Assembly (NCBI GenBank): GCA_965222935.1
Contig: CBDCVA010000002.1
Coordinates: forward strand, 738,422-802,421
Direction: 5' to 3'
Source of the DNA: Candidatus Latescibacterota bacterium
Lineage (GTDB): Bacteria > Latescibacterota > CBDCVA01
DNA length: 64,000 nucleotides
Every line of letters starts with the position of its first letter. Position 1 is the stretch's first letter. Shown here one piece after another: positions 23,922 to 33,703 of this stretch. The translations under genes and the position numbers were made by a program. The notes under the pieces were generated by a model. The model ran no database searches and was not told the origin of the DNA. It saw only the letters and a list, made by a program, of their open reading frames with translations.

Positions 23922-24783
23922 GTGGTGGGATGGCGTGCGCTTGCGGTGAGTCTCTTGCTGACGGCGATCGGACCCCGATCCGCTGATGGGGCCGAGGGGA
24001 AAATATCGGGCCTGATGTTCGGGGACTACTACGCTGTGGTCAAAAGCGATGTGGACTTGGTCGGGGCACGCTATTTTGTTCGGGCTTTCCCCGACACCCA
24101 CTGTCGCGGTCGTTCAAAATTTCTGGGGATATCGTTCTCTTCTGAAAAACCCTCTGATCCTACAGAAATTCGGCAGCACCAGGGATACCGGGATCGCTTT
24201 CAAAGGCACGAGCGACCCACAGAAAAGATTCTCCTACCACTTCATGTTTGGAAACGGCAGCGGCACGAGATCCGATGTTGGTGAGGAGAAAAAGTTTTAC
24301 CTTTCGCTCGTAGCGAGGCCCGCTGGAGGGCTGATCATAGAGACTCACGGGGACTGGGAGACCCGGGACGACGCGGGCCGGTTCACCGGCCAGGGATTTG
24401 TAGGATATGGACGCGAGCGGTTCCGCGCCGGCGCGCACTTCGTCCGACAGACCCGCCGGAGACAAGGCCTAGATGGGGAGGATCCGAACCTCGAATTCCT
24501 GTCCCTTTTCGGTGTCGGGATGCTCGCGGAGAAGGTCTGGGCGGTGGCCCGGTTCGACCGGACCTTCGACCCGAACCCCAACGCGGCCGAGATCGACTAC
24601 ATCCCATTCGCTCCCGCAACAAGGGTGGCGTCGAACCTGCTGTTGGTCGGGATAGACTTCGTTCTATCCAAAGGTGTGCGTCTGATGCCCAACGCCGAGG
24701 TCGTGATCTTCGATGAGCCGAACGTTGACGAGAAGCCGGAAACCGTAGTCATGCCTCGCTTGACAGTCTTCTACGATTTCTAG
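23922..24783 (+). pseudogene. Outer-membrane porin-like gene, apparently broken by an internal deletion/frameshift near 24050
   Basis: Frame 1: RBS GAGGAGG, signal peptide and GKISGLMFGDYY, then it degenerates. Frame 2 picks up WTWSGH..FGLSPTPT..WGYRSL.K and continues with amphipathic strands to a C-terminal TVFYDF. Confidence 0.6.
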
Positions 24784-24832
24784 CGCTGACCACCCGAACA
24801 AGCCAGGTGGATTAGCGCCCGCGCACCCACAG

Positions 24833-26374
24833 CTAGTGACCGGCGCTCCCAGCCTGTGTTTCCTTTCCCTCGATAGTCGCCTCGGCGCCCTCATGCCGAT
24901 AAATCAGCGCCTCGTCTTCGGGCGGTCGTGCAAGGTCGGTGGTAAGCTTGCCGGAGGACAGGCGCGTTTCCCATGCTTCGCAGACCAAACGGGTGAGAGC
25001 CGGGGCGTCGCCGGTATAAAGGCTTGGATCGAGGACGATCTCTCGGTGGGTGGGCGAGAGCTGCTCCAAGAGTTGCTGGGCTTCGCTATCGGATTTCAGA
25101 AAACTCAGGAGATCTTCGCCGCCCTCTCTCGCCCTTAAGGTCAGAGAGCGTGACGCACCGTACGGATCAGCATGGCCATCGATGGCCAGGGCGATATAGA
25201 GGGGCTCCGCGATGGTCCACTGAGAGCTTTCTCTCAGATGCCGTTCTATGGCTACAGGGTTGATCTCTGTACTCCGGATAGCCTTACGCAGGCGACGCAC
25301 AGCATAATCGAAACCCGCCACCAGTTCGTTGAAAAATCGCATCGACGCGCTACTCGTCAGGTCACGCTGATGCTCGCTGATCTGGTCCATGTACATGGTC
25401 ACCATGCGCGGCATGAAGGCCTTCCAGAGACTCTTCACGTTTTCGAAATCCGTTGGATTCACCTTATGCGGCATCGTTGATGACCCAACGCGGTTGGCAT
25501 CGGGTTTTTGTCCGATTTCTTCGATCTCGCTGCGCATGAGGTGACGGAGGTCATCCGCCATGTTCGCCAAGACGGAAAACGTCGAGACGAGGGCGTGTCC
25601 GAAATCAATGAGATACTCCGGGTTTACCGTCTGTGTTGAGACACAATGGTCGGACGGGCGCAAGCCCAAGCGATTTAGCAGTTGCCTTTCCATGACCGTA
25701 GGGTCGTCGGGCCACTTGACCGCGAGTGCGTTGTGCGCGCCAACCGCGCCTGAGAATTTCCCCCGGAGATCGGAGGCGGTCTTTGCAATCAACTCCGCAC
25801 GCTGCCCCAAACGAGCGACATAGTTCGCCAGCCAGTATCCCACTGTGATGGGTTCCGCGTGCCGGCCATGCGTCCTGCCGATCTGCAGCGTCTCCGCGTA
25901 CTGCTGCGCCAGGGAGATGATGTCCTTGATGAGATCGCGGAGGTCTGGAAAAAGTACTTCTCGGGTCACGTCTCGCATCGCCACGGCACGCGCCGTGTCC
26001 GTGATGTCATTTGAAGTCGCAAAGAGATGGACGTAACCGCGCATCTCCTCGGGGAGCCTCAGTTGAATCGAGTGCACCAACGCTCTAACGACGTGGCGAA
26101 TGCGTTCTTCTTCCGCATAAATCTCGGCTGGACTGATCTGCTCCACCGCTTCAGCGACGAGGGCAGACATGCCGGATGGGGCAATACCCGAGGCTTCTAG
26201 CTCCGCTACGAGCGCTTGCTCCACCTTCAACTGGTAACGGAGGGTGGCCCCCTCCGAAAGAAAGGGGTGAAGCGCGCCAAAAACCTCCGCGTCGTTCCCG
26301 TAGTAGCGTGCGTCTAGCGGAGAGACGAAATCAAAGGCGGAGAAACTGTTATCCGGCATCAAGGGTTCACTCAC
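24833..26374 (-). CDS. purB: Adenylosuccinate lyase (fumarase/ASL superfamily)
   Basis: SPLDARY, EERIRHVV, HLFATSNDI, GRTHGRHAEP, GAVG, signature GSSTMPHKVNPTDFE, EHQRDLT. Confidence 0.8.
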   Translation of the reverse strand: MSEPLMPDNSFSAFDFVSPLDARYYGNDAEVFGALHPFLSEGATLRYQLKVEQALVAELEASGIAPSGMSALVAEAVEQISPAEIYAEEERIRHVVRALVHSIQLRLPEEMRGYVHLFATSNDITDTARAVAMRDVTREVLFPDLRDLIKDIISLAQQYAETLQIGRTHGRHAEPITVGYWLANYVARLGQRAELIAKTASDLRGKFSGAVGAHNALAVKWPDDPTVMERQLLNRLGLRPSDHCVSTQTVNPEYLIDFGHALVSTFSVLANMADDLRHLMRSEIEEIGQKPDANRVGSSTMPHKVNPTDFENVKSLWKAFMPRMVTMYMDQISEHQRDLTSSASMRFFNELVAGFDYAVRRLRKAIRSTEINPVAIERHLRESSQWTIAEPLYIALAIDGHADPYGASRSLTLRAREGGEDLLSFLKSDSEAQQLLEQLSPTHREIVLDPSLYTGDAPALTRLVCEAWETRLSSGKLTTDLARPPEDEALIYRHEGAEATIEGKETQAGSAGH

Positions 26375-27066
26375 TACCGTTTCGCCGCTTTCGCCAGCCG
26401 ATCCACGATGGCCTTGGCGGCGCCCTCCACAAAGGTGTTGTACTTGAGCTTCGGCTCCTCGAGCATCCCCGGCCGCATGGGGCCCTCACGCCGGGTCACA
26501 GGCTCTGAGGTCCGGGTCTTGCGGTGCTCCAGGTCCACTTGCCAAACGATCGCTCCCGAGTGGGCGTCCACGACCGCAGCCTCGGCACCTGCACTTGTGG
26601 AGGTGCGCTTGTGGACGACGGCCCTTGCCTCCCCGCGCACTTCGACACCCCAGACGCCGCGAGTGCGCGTGCGCACGTCCGAGAGCGACGCCAGCCATAG
26701 ATACCGAGCGCCCAGCGCCTCGCCGTACTCACGCCAGACATCGGGCGGTGTTTCGCCGATGGCGAGAGCGTCCGCAATCAGGTGCGCCTTCTCCAGCTTG
26801 TTGATCGTCTGGGTCCAGTCCAGTAGATGGACTGCCGGCAGCTTCTCTGCAATGCCCTGGGCGAGCTGGGTCGCGAACTCATAGTCGGACGGCAGTTCGA
26901 GTGGGGCAGCCGTCTCGACCCAGACCAGCGCTAGGCCACCGCTCTCCAAGGCCGCGACCGAGAAGTCTGCGGCGACAAAGGGTGAATCGCCCACGTCGGC
27001 GAATCGAGGTCCCGCACACGATACAAAAGCCAGGACCAGACCCCAACGAACCTCGCGTACGATCAT
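26374..27066 (-). CDS. Hypothetical lipoprotein
   Basis: ATG overlapping the upstream stop; MIVREVRWGLVLAFVS-C lipobox-like start; VVDAHSGAIVW motif resembles CsgG/LpoB-like lipoproteins. Confidence 0.55.
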   Translation of the reverse strand: MIVREVRWGLVLAFVSCAGPRFADVGDSPFVAADFSVAALESGGLALVWVETAAPLELPSDYEFATQLAQGIAEKLPAVHLLDWTQTINKLEKAHLIADALAIGETPPDVWREYGEALGARYLWLASLSDVRTRTRGVWGVEVRGEARAVVHKRTSTSAGAEAAVVDAHSGAIVWQVDLEHRKTRTSEPVTRREGPMRPGMLEEPKLKYNTFVEGAAKAIVDRLAKAAKR

Positions 27067-27992
27067 CCGTCCAGCTTCTCCTCGCTGTCTTTTCTCTCCA
27101 GGCCGAGGATCTGCCGTGCCTCCTTCGCTGTGGCCACGGGACGGCCCAGGTCCCACGCCAGCCGCGCTACGCGGTTGACCAGCTCGCCGTTGCTTCGGGC
27201 CAAGACTCCAGGACGGTAGTAGATGTTGCCCTCGAAGCCGACCCGTACATGGCCGCCCATGGCGATGGCTGCCGCCGCCATCGGAAGTTCCGCGTCCCCG
27301 AAGCCCCAGGCCGTCCACGTCGCCTCGCGCGGGACCGTGGCTGCGAGCGTGACCAGGTTCTTGATAGAGCCGCCCATACCGCCATCGAGCCCCAACACCA
27401 GCGCGTAGTGGACCGGTTGAGGGATAAGGCCGCCGGCGATCAGGCGCTGGGCCCGCTCGGAGAGGCCCACGCTGAAGAGCTCCAACTCGGGCATGATGCC
27501 CAGCCGCTGTAACTCCGCCGCGACGAATTCGTAGGCCTCCGGCGGGTTGTCGTAGACGTCGTGCCCGATGTGGATGGTCCCCAGGGTCAGGCTCGCCATC
27601 TCGGGTTGCAACCGAAGGGGTGCGGTGCGCATCTCGATAGGTACGCCCGATGATCCCGTCGTGGAGAACTGGATGATCATGTCGCCCACGCTGCGGACGC
27701 GGTCCACGATCTCCTCCAGGACGTCGGGATCAAAGCTCGGATGGCCATCGGTGTTGCGACCGTGGATGTGCGCCATCACGGCCCCCTCACCGTACGCCGC
27801 GATCGTCTCCTGTGCGATGTCCTCAGGCGTCCATGGAACGTAGGGTGATGGCCGCTGGCCGGGCAATCCGCTCGTAGGAGAGACGCTAATGATCAGAGGC
27901 GCCCCGCTCGGGTACTCGCGCTCGTCGAGCGCCTCGGCTATCTCATCCGGCAGACCCTCATTGTCGTGGGCGCTGTGCTCTCGTTCGCTCAC
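27063..27992 (-). CDS. Beta-keto acid cleavage enzyme (BKACE/Kce, DUF849) family protein
   Basis: PLIISVSPT, PWTPEDIA, GAVMAHIHGR, IIQFSTTG, PEMASL, PELELF, GGHVRVGFEGN, SNGELV. Confidence 0.88.
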   Translation of the reverse strand: MSEREHSAHDNEGLPDEIAEALDEREYPSGAPLIISVSPTSGLPGQRPSPYVPWTPEDIAQETIAAYGEGAVMAHIHGRNTDGHPSFDPDVLEEIVDRVRSVGDMIIQFSTTGSSGVPIEMRTAPLRLQPEMASLTLGTIHIGHDVYDNPPEAYEFVAAELQRLGIMPELELFSVGLSERAQRLIAGGLIPQPVHYALVLGLDGGMGGSIKNLVTLAATVPREATWTAWGFGDAELPMAAAAIAMGGHVRVGFEGNIYYRPGVLARSNGELVNRVARLAWDLGRPVATAKEARQILGLERKDSEEKLDG

Positions 27993-28034
27993 GCTAACGC
28001 CTCTCGCATCCGCCCCCTGCCCCGCCGGTATGCG

Positions 28035-29040
28035 CTAAGTGACTTGAGCCGCGATCTCCTTGACCAACTCCACAATGGGCACGTCGTACGGGCACATGGG
28101 CTCGCAGCGCCGACAACTGCTGCAATGTTCCGAGGCGGTCTTCGCTTTCTCGATCTGTTTGACGTACCATTCCTCCGCCGACGGCAAAAGCCCGTAACGC
28201 TCCCGATATCGCACCAGCGGTACGGCCCATCCGATGTTGAGCTCGTACGGGCACGAACAATGGTGGCACATCCGGCAGCCCGTAGGCTCGATCCGGGCGA
28301 ACTCCGCTTGAATGTCGCGGATATCGTCGGGTGACCAGTCCCGCTCGACGACATCGCAGTTGTGGTCCACTTCCTCGACCGAGCACATGCCGCTCAGCGC
28401 TACATCCACTCCGCTGTAGAGCGACCAGACCAGCGCCTTGTCCGCGGGATGGAGCGCCCCGTGGCTGATGGCCCGGATACCCAGGGTGCCGATATTGTGC
28501 CGCCGCGCGTACGGGATGACCTCCCGGACGCCATAGGGCTGGATGACGTTCACGGGGAAGACGCAGACATCGAAGTAACCGCTCTTGATCGCGCACAAGA
28601 TCATATCCGGCCGGTGGCTGGTCACCGAGAGAAACCGAATTTTGCCCGCCTCGCGCGCCTCTAACAGCGCATCCAGCGTTCCCTCGGCCTGAAAAGCCCA
28701 CCCTCAGGCTCCGGTGGTTATCGACGGCATCCATCTCGTACACGTCGATGACATCAAACCCCAACATCCGTCGGCTCTCGTCGATGCCTCTCCGCACCTC
28801 CTCCGCCGGCAGGGTCCCGCACTTGCTGGAGATGATGAACTCGTCTCGCCTGTGCCGGATGGCGTCGCCCACCAGTTCCTGCGTGTCGCCGTAGCCGGTG
28901 TTGATGTAGTTCAGTCCGCGGTCGAGCAGGTGATTGAGAACGCGCGGGATTTCCTTCCGGTCCACAAGCTTCAGCCGATTCGTCCCCTGCCCCAGCCGCG
29001 AGACCCGCAGCCCCGTCCGTCCCAGCGTTGTGTAGCGCAT
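28035..29040 (-). pseudogene. Aldo/keto reductase with C-terminal 4Fe-4S dicluster, frameshifted near 28700
   Basis: N-part MRYTTLGRTGLRVSRLG...NYINTGY..ISSK. After a +1 shift the frame reads QAEGTLDALLEAREAGKIRFLSVTSH ... CRMCHHCSCP ... CSSCRRCEPMCPY. Could be a single-base sequencing error. Confidence 0.75.
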
Positions 29041-29149
29041 CTCTTTCCCCCGTCGAGCTTGATACGGCGGAGCCCCTACCGCCTCCGCCTCGCCCTCGCA
29101 ACGATACGCCTCCAGCTTGCAGGTGTCAATGCTCAGCGGGAACCCCAGC

Positions 29150-29588
29150 AGGCAAGGTCAACCCGTGCGCGCTATCGAGGCTAGCGTTGGTGATCCCCTC
29201 TCATAAGCACCGGGGCAGGATGCGACCTGACCGTGCTTCGAGCCGGGCATGATGATGCTCGCCGGGGCGGAACATTACTACGGCGCGGACCCGGAAGAGT
29301 CCCGCCGCATGAGGTATCCCGAAGCGTTGACCCACTGCCGGGAAAACGCCTCGTGCGTTACGTCAGTACAGTCTTCCGACAACGCCTCATGGCCATTGTT
29401 GACCAGGACGTCGAGCGGCCTATAGCCGCGACCGCCCCGGCGAAACCCGCTTCGAGCGACGCCGGTTCCATCTGATCCAGCATGACGCCGTGATGCCCGG
29501 CGCCGGTGACCGGCGAAACTTTTCCGGTCAGGTCGAACAACCGTCGAGCCGTCGGTTCGGCTGCCACCACCCGAGCTCCTTTCATCAC
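29150..29588 (-). pseudogene. Degraded short-chain dehydrogenase/reductase (SDR) remnant
   Basis: Pieces spread over several frames: RRLFDLTGKVSPVTGAG, LDVLVNNGHE, NASGY, ASIIMPGSKHG..CPGAYE; boundaries approximate. Confidence 0.6.
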
Positions 29589-29744
29589 AGCGCCTTTCCA
29601 CCGTCATCGCATTCCCCGAGGCCCCCGGACGGCCTCGACTCTCGAACTGCACACAAGATACGGTGCGCCGCCGCCGCTGTCAGTGCTACATTATCGACAC
29701 TAACTCCGGGGCGCCGACCGGCGGGCAAGGCTGTGGAGAGGGAA

Positions 29745-29857
29745 CCCACCCCCCTACCCCTCCCCGGCGGAAGCTCCGCTGGCACAAGCAGGGAGGGGGC
29801 AAGAGAGGGAATCCCGCCAGCCGGCGGGGAGGGGGCGCCCACAAGAGGCGCCCCTAC
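29745..29857. repeat. REP-like palindromic elements
   Basis: Minus strand GTAGGGGCGCCTCTTGTGGGCGCCC (GTAG + hairpin) at 29833-29857, next to a CCCACCCCCCTACCCCTCCC...GGGAGGGG hairpin. Confidence 0.5.
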
Positions 29858-29974
29858 GATTGGGCTCACTCCGCCCGCGCAAGGCTCAGGGTTTCCAGTG
29901 CTGGCGGACGATGCCCCAGTGTGCCTTGGGGCCTGACCTGTTGGGGGGAATTTCACACCGCCAAAAGCCGGGGC

Positions 29975-30355
29975 CTATCCTTCACTCAAGAAGTCAACGG
30001 AGATCGCATCGCCATCCCCTACGGTGGCGAGATCAAGGGCACTCCCCTCCAGCCTACCCAGGATGTTCACCTTAGTCACCAGCCTGCATTCATTGCCTTG
30101 TGAGATGGGCGTGGGGCCGTAAGGGATAGCAAGGGAACTGCCCTCCACCCAGAAACAGACCGTTCCCGTCGGAACGACCTGCTGTGCGTCAGGCTCGAGG
30201 TCCGAGTCTACAGGAACGTGGAAGTAGACCTCTTCTCCCCACGTGTTGGCGTGTGAGCTGCAGGGCAGCGCTTCGAGCAACGCCCGACTTGTGGCGGTGT
30301 CTTTCAGAGCGGCGGTGGCTTCCCCCGAAGGCCACGTTATCCGGATACGCACCAT
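29975..30355 (-). CDS. Cyclophilin-like fold protein (TM1367/DUF369-like)
   Basis: ALPC..ANTWGEEVYF.VP, GTVCFWVEG..LAIPYGPTPIS, VNILGRL; RBS GAGGTG. Confidence 0.8.
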   Translation of the reverse strand: MVRIRITWPSGEATAALKDTATSRALLEALPCSSHANTWGEEVYFHVPVDSDLEPDAQQVVPTGTVCFWVEGSSLAIPYGPTPISQGNECRLVTKVNILGRLEGSALDLATVGDGDAISVDFLSEG

Positions 30356-30537
30356 TGCACCTCAGTTACGATATTGAGTTCATTACCCCCTCGGCATCAT
30401 TCTCTCTCGGCAACGCATCGCCCCAAGGTTACTGACCCTGCGTTAGAAGCGCGGGGTGTCGAGGTGGGGAGGAAATGTTGCACCCATCCCATCCCTGATA
30501 CCTCTCCCTCGACCCTGAGTTGGAGGCGTAGGCCGCC

Positions 30538-31611
30538 CTAGTTTGCCGCGATCATGCTGTACACTTCGTAAGCGCGCTCGCATGGATTGCCCCGGCTGAT
30601 GTGCATACGGCCGGCAGAGGCTTCAATGATCACCGAGAAGACGCTGGTCCAGAAGCCATAGACAGGGTGATCGTTGGTGTGTCGACAGATCGATCTCGGG
30701 TAGTTGTCGTGGTCCCGCAGCACGCCCTTGAGTGTCTCCACGTCCGTCGGTCTCTCCAGGTCGGCGAACAGCCGGTCCACGCGGTGTTTTCGCGTATGAG
30801 ACTCGATCATCTCGGGAAACTCGCCGTTGATGGCCTGGAGGTCCGAGTGGAGGCAATGGTTCGTGTGGGTGACGATACCGCTGCCGGCGTCCTCGAGGAC
30901 GCGAACCCCGTCGAGCGTGATCTCCAAATCAGCGGGGCCCTGCGGGGTGGCGAGCATGACGTTGGCCGGAATGGCGCGTTCGGCACGGCGGACGGCTTCG
31001 ACGGCTCTCTCCAGCGATTCGGCCTCGTAGATGCCGCGTACCTGGAAGTAGAACGGCACGCCGAGTCGCCGGCTGGGGGCAGGAAGCGTGTTCAGGCAGA
31101 CACCGATGCCTCGATCGTTGAAGCCAATGTAAGCCATCAGACCGGCCTGCGTTATCGTCATCAGAGCAGGCTTGCCTGCCGGACGACGGGTTAGCACGAG
31201 GGTGAACGCATCCAGCGCGGGGTCGTTATCCCAGTTCTGGCCGACAACCGCGCATGCGTTGGCGTTGGCTCGGGCGACCGCGGAAAAGGACGTGCATCCG
31301 GCGTCCTCCTCCGGCTGCAACTGGTTGCGGATCTGGAGGAGCATCAACTCCTCGATGGGAACGCCCGAACTTTGCGCCATGCCGCGCATCTCCTCCAACA
31401 TGTCCGGGCTGTAGGCTTCCACATAGTCAAAACTATCGGTGGCCACGGCCATTGCCCGCTTACGGGATATTGACGTCGTCCTGTTGAGGCGCTCCATGGC
31501 GACCTCGGCAAAGCCGCGGATCAGCTCGCGTGCGGCTTCGCCAATCTGCCGGCCCAACTCGAGCGGTGTTCCATTGACTTCGACTTCGAGGTATCGTCCA
31601 GGTGGCTTCAT
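30538..31611 (-). CDS. Peptidase C45 / acyl-CoA:6-APA acyltransferase family (Ntn hydrolase)
   Basis: G.PLELGRQIG, autocleavage site G|CTS, GQNWD, GFNDRGIGVCLN, THTNHCL, SICRH, GNPC. Confidence 0.85.
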   Translation of the reverse strand: MKPPGRYLEVEVNGTPLELGRQIGEAARELIRGFAEVAMERLNRTTSISRKRAMAVATDSFDYVEAYSPDMLEEMRGMAQSSGVPIEELMLLQIRNQLQPEEDAGCTSFSAVARANANACAVVGQNWDNDPALDAFTLVLTRRPAGKPALMTITQAGLMAYIGFNDRGIGVCLNTLPAPSRRLGVPFYFQVRGIYEAESLERAVEAVRRAERAIPANVMLATPQGPADLEITLDGVRVLEDAGSGIVTHTNHCLHSDLQAINGEFPEMIESHTRKHRVDRLFADLERPTDVETLKGVLRDHDNYPRSICRHTNDHPVYGFWTSVFSVIIEASAGRMHISRGNPCERAYEVYSMIAAN

Positions 31612-31725
31612 TTCACCCCACATTCCCATTTTTCGCCTAACGCCACGGCTGAGGCGCACAGCGTTCCGCGTCGCCTCGAACCTATTGCTAGCGGCTCCTT
31701 CATGACCGGAGACGCCCGTGCCGAC

Positions 31726-32526
31726 CTACACATCCGGAGCATACTGCGGAACTGCTTTGATGATGTACTGGACGAACTCCAGAGTGAGCTTAAAGTCCTC
31801 GGGGTCGGAGGGTTGCCGGACCGAGAGAGCCGGGTTCGGACGTCCGTCCCACGCGTGATCAATCAGCCCCGCCCAAAACGGATTCAAGGTGACTTTAGCC
31901 CACTCCGCCCCAGTGCGCTTGGAGCCGATCCCCCCAGTATGAAGGGCATGCAACATACGGCAATAGCTCAAGACGATAAATGTTTGATAGAACCGGTTGT
32001 TGAAACGCTCCGGTTCGCCCAGGATCTGCTGTCCCCAGTCGCGGATGTCTGCCAGAATCTCCTGACGCAACGTCTCAACGGGTATTGGATCAACCAGTGA
32101 TGCCGGATTTTGCCTGGTCAGGGCGACCCCATACTCACGCACGATCCACCGGACGGCTACCGTATTGCAGTGATCCGACCGCACGAGAGAGCGGCTGCCG
32201 TGATCGAGATACCAAAGTGGCTTGCCGCATTGTGAATGATCTTTCAGGATACCCTTCGGGAAATAGGATCCTTCCAGATGCTGCGCCCAGGCACAATCGA
32301 GGTGATAGAGACGCTCATGCATGGTCTGCAAAGCCTGGACTCGCTTATCCGACAATTCCTCCTCGACGACCACGATGAAGTCCACATCGCTGTGACGATC
32401 ATAGTCGCCAACGGCGAACGAACCTTGCAGGCAGGCGGTGACGAAGCTACTGCCCAGGAGGGTTTGCACACTGTCAACCAACTCCTGCAAAAGAGAGTTG
32501 AGTTCTGGATAAGATGTTGGAATCAG
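31726..32526 (-). CDS. Nucleotidyltransferase with aminoglycoside adenylyltransferase (AadA-like/DUF4111) C-terminal domain
   Basis: LQGSFAVGDYDRHSDVDF (GS..DxD), LEGSY, LSYCRMLH..GSK..GAEWA; start codon uncertain (CTG 32526 or TTG 32490). Confidence 0.8.
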   Translation of the reverse strand: MIPTSYPELNSLLQELVDSVQTLLGSSFVTACLQGSFAVGDYDRHSDVDFIVVVEEELSDKRVQALQTMHERLYHLDCAWAQHLEGSYFPKGILKDHSQCGKPLWYLDHGSRSLVRSDHCNTVAVRWIVREYGVALTRQNPASLVDPIPVETLRQEILADIRDWGQQILGEPERFNNRFYQTFIVLSYCRMLHALHTGGIGSKRTGAEWAKVTLNPFWAGLIDHAWDGRPNPALSVRQPSDPEDFKLTLEFVQYIIKAVPQYAPDV

Positions 32527-32632
32527 CGTGCTCTCTTCCCTTCATTGGCGCGGCCTGATGCCGAAGCTCAGCGGCCCGTGCTTGCGCGGCGCCGATGAAG
32601 CGCTTTGTTCGGTGGCGGACTGGTCCATAGGG

Positions 32633-33367
32633 TCAACCGAGCGTCACCGGCACGCCATCCAGCAAACCGTTCTGGTGCATATCGACCCACTCGTCCATGA
32701 AGGTCTTGTTCCACTGCTCGGTGAGGGGGTGCTCCATCATGTCGCGGTAGACCGTCCACATGGTGACGAGCTCGTCAGCGCCATCACGGAAGGCGGCGTG
32801 GGCCGTCTCCACCGAGCGGACGAGCGCTGCCATGATATAAGGCCGCTGCTCCCAGCCGCTGAACATCTGTACGCACTCGCGTATCAGTTGGGTCGGATCG
32901 CCGCCCACTTGCTTGACCGGATCGCAGAACGGCAGGATATGGTCAACCCCGGCCTGGGCAACGGCGGCGGCCTGGGTCAGCGAGAAGACCGTCGTACAGA
33001 AGGTCTCGACCCCCTCCTTCTTGAGGATACCGAAGGCCTTGAGCCCATTAACCGAGCAGGGAACCTTCAGGATGATCTGGTCCGACAGGTTGGTGAATAC
33101 CTTCCCGACCTCGAAGAGTTCCTCGACCGTGTGGCCGTCGATTTCCATAACCACGGGTTTGTCGGTTATATCCAAGTACTTCTTCATCAAGTCGATGACC
33201 GAACCGTAGGATTTGGCGTACTGATTGAGCACCACGGTGTTGGTGACGATTCCGGCAATCCCCAGCGGCATCCACTCTTTCAGCTCTTCGGGGGAGCCAG
33301 CGAGCCAGATCTTCGGTCCACGGCCCTCGGAACGGGTTTTCGGTACAGGTCCGTTTGCTGCCATCAT
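32633..33367 (-). CDS. Transaldolase/fructose-6-phosphate aldolase family protein
   Basis: GIVTN, Schiff-base ILKVP...GLKA, TTVFSLTQAAAVAQAG, IMAALVRS, HPLTE; RBS AGGAGG. Confidence 0.8.
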   Translation of the reverse strand: MMAANGPVPKTRSEGRGPKIWLAGSPEELKEWMPLGIAGIVTNTVVLNQYAKSYGSVIDLMKKYLDITDKPVVMEIDGHTVEELFEVGKVFTNLSDQIILKVPCSVNGLKAFGILKKEGVETFCTTVFSLTQAAAVAQAGVDHILPFCDPVKQVGGDPTQLIRECVQMFSGWEQRPYIMAALVRSVETAHAAFRDGADELVTMWTVYRDMMEHPLTEQWNKTFMDEWVDMHQNGLLDGVPVTLG

Positions 33368-33703
33368 CCGATTCCTCCTGTGTTAGTAAGTTGGTAGATA
33401 TCCCACCACAGGGTGGCAAACGCGTCAGCAGGTGTTTATCACGAGCGCGGCCAGAGCCAGGGGCCGCTATACCTGTGGCCGCTCACTTCAACGCCTGCCA
33501 TCCGATGATTCCAAAACGCAATCTCCCTCTTGCCATCGAATCGACGCTCCCACTCCAGAGGCTAGAGAAGTTCCAACAGTGTCAAATGCCCATGAAAAGC
33601 AAATCGTTAAAGAGGGTCCTTTACCATGACTTGGCGCCAGTGTCCTCGCCTGATCTCTACACGTTCATCTAACTTGAGCAAGGTTAGTCAAACACAAGCT
33701 GCT

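Noticed and set aside
31726-32526. Calling this a bona fide aminoglycoside resistance gene (aadA)
   Set aside because: Only family-level nucleotidyltransferase motifs are visible; no integron or attC context.
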